A DNA stretch of 64,000 nt. Origin: Azolla caroliniana (lineage: Eukaryota > Plantae > Polypodiophyta). This document shows, piece after piece, positions 62,501 through 64,000 of the stretch (its first letter is position 1; every line of letters begins with the position of its first letter). The notes beneath the pieces are model-generated. The model saw only the letters and a program-made list of their open reading frames with translations. It searched no databases and was not told the DNA's origin. Position numbers and translations under genes: made by a program. The stretch lies in contig JBHGNT010000005.1 in NCBI GenBank assembly GCA_043228905.1, positions 14,322,001 through 14,386,000 of the forward strand. Direction: 5' to 3'.

Positions 62501-64000
62501 ACATTTAGAATTGGAGCAACGCAGACGGAAAGCATTTGTCGACCGACACAGGAAAGGTAACGAAAAAATGTTCGTAATCGGCAAACCGGTGTTAGTATTC
62601 CAAACCCGGATGGGCAAGATGCCGGGTAAACTAAGGTTTAGATGGACCGGACCATATTGGCTAACACAGGAGTATAATGGGTCCTACCAGTTGGGGACAC
62701 TTGCCGGCGAAGTTCTAGGCAAATGGGTCAACGGATTCCGGTTAAAGGCATATAGAGGACCGATGCCTAAGAACCCATTTGAGCAGAGGACCGACACCAG
62801 TGAGGGCAACGGCAACCACCAAGACGGCAGAGAAGGCGAGCCGGTAACTGGGGAGAACGACGCCGGTAAGGGTCCGAGAGGACCAACGGACAAGTGACGT
62901 CACAATAATAATAATAATAACTGAAAAAAAAAAAAAAAAAAAAACAATCATGCAAAAGCGAGGAAAGAATGGAGGAAAGAGCGAGGAGCGAAAAGGTACA
63001 TAGTGGGCATTTAAAGCACCACCACAGGACATAATGCTATTTTAAGTACGCGACATGCACACACTCGAAAAAGGCGCCAGAATGCACAGACAAAAACCAC
63101 TGCGCGTAGAGACCCTCTACTTTCGCGAACCCAGGAGCACAGAAGCACCAAGACGCTGCAAGATCATGAGACGAGAACCTGCGCACAGAGAATCCCCGCC
63201 TTCTGAACTCTCTCTTTCTCAACCCCACTCTCATCACCATCCATCCTCGCCACCGCAATCCGACCCCGACACAGAAATGGACCCGCAAACGCTGTCGGAA
63301 GCCGCCAAGACATGGTTGAAGCAACACGGGCTCGAGGGCTTCTTGATGATGATGGAAGTACCGCCACACAAAGAAGCCGACAAAGTGATCAAGGAAATCG
63401 ATACAACGGTCATAACGACAGAGGCGATTCGAGCGTTAACAGGCCTTCCGGAGGGAGGCATACCCACGATCGACAATCCAACCCCGGAGCAACTCATCAG
63501 GTATTTTGGTGAGTACTCTCTAGCCAGCAAGGGCTACCGGACACAGGGCGGCGGAGATATGTTGTTCCGCGAAATTGCTCGTGTGCTCCATGAATACGGC
63601 CACGTGTACCCTAGACCCCCTGTCATGCTGCAGAACCGGGCAGGGATGATCATCGCCACCTATGAAGGGATCAAGGTGGATTGGCCGGTATTGATTGCAG
63701 ACGGGTTGTGTGCGGCGATCGAGATCGTCACAGGCAAAGACGGCAAAGAAGGCCGAGACGGACGAAGGATATGGCACACCGTAACGCAGTGGCTCACCTT
63801 GCTGGTGCCACCCGTTCAGACCATCCAGCCCAAGAAGCGAGGAAGAGTGGCAGACGGCACCCCAAGGACGGCTTCCAAACGGCAACAACTGTTGGCCTCT
63901 AAGGCCAGTAAGGGAAAGGCGGCGGATGCAGAACAGGCGGCAGCAGGAAGCGGCAGCCGGAAGCGCCCAACGGAGGCGCAGGAGGAACCACCGGCACGGC
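56593..64000 (+). mobile_element. Near-intact Athila/Tat-like Ty3/gypsy: 5' LTR 56593-~57028, PBS, gag-pol ~57079-62897, extra ORF; runs off the window
   Basis: TGTTGTTA...TTAACA then TTTTGGCGACCACG. gag with three CxxC/H/C knuckles, PR VIDGGSG, RT QVFLDDF, RH FVDASD, INT HCGVAGGH..CDLC..DQG..NGLAE..GPY. Only three in-frame stops (57628, 60657, 61578) and one frameshift (~58190). Confidence 0.95.
63055..64000 (+). CDS. Extra ORF downstream of integrase (partial, open to the window end; likely start 63277)
   Basis: Manually translated open frame: MDPQTLSEAAKTWLKQHGLEGFL...ITTEAIRALTGLPEGG...YEGIKVDWPVLIADGL...KKRGRV. It is missing from the ORF track because it has no stop in the window. Confidence 0.75.
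   Translation, partial: MHTLEKGARMHRQKPLRVETLYFREPRSTEAPRRCKIMRREPAHRESPPSELSLSQPHSHHHPSSPPQSDPDTEMDPQTLSEAAKTWLKQHGLEGFLMMMEVPPHKEADKVIKEIDTTVITTEAIRALTGLPEGGIPTIDNPTPEQLIRYFGEYSLASKGYRTQGGGDMLFREIARVLHEYGHVYPRPPVMLQNRAGMIIATYEGIKVDWPVLIADGLCAAIEIVTGKDGKEGRDGRRIWHTVTQWLTLLVPPVQTIQPKKRGRVADGTPRTASKRQQLLASKASKGKAADAEQAAAGSGSRKRPTEAQEEPPAR

Overview
This is eukaryotic land-plant nuclear DNA; the retrotransposon lineages suggest a seed-free plant such as a fern, which is inference only. There are two host genes in convergent orientation, both from organelle protein-import families. One is a 5'-truncated TOC132/TOC120-type GTPase receptor (+, <1-3259, one 85-nt intron). The other is a complete 13-exon TOC64/OM64-type amidase-like + TPR gene (-, 19989-24182). 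The rest is mostly nested LTR retrotransposons: degenerate Ty1/copia pieces, one structurally complete Ty1/copia with a CATTG target-site duplication (TSD), a Tcn1-like chromovirus fragment, three copies of an Athila/Tat-like Ty3 family (the last with an extra ORF after integrase), and a large nest of a fungal (Ylt1)-like Ty3 superfamily. That superfamily has TGTCGTG...CACGACA LTRs, 4-bp CpG-centred TSDs, a tRNA-Trp primer-binding site (PBS) and gag-only non-autonomous derivatives. The most unusual observation is an antisense tRNA-like (A-box/B-box) cassette inside the LTRs of several families and of two unrelated Ty3 lineages. All coordinates and alignments were read by eye; lineage names come from remembered motifs, not database searches.
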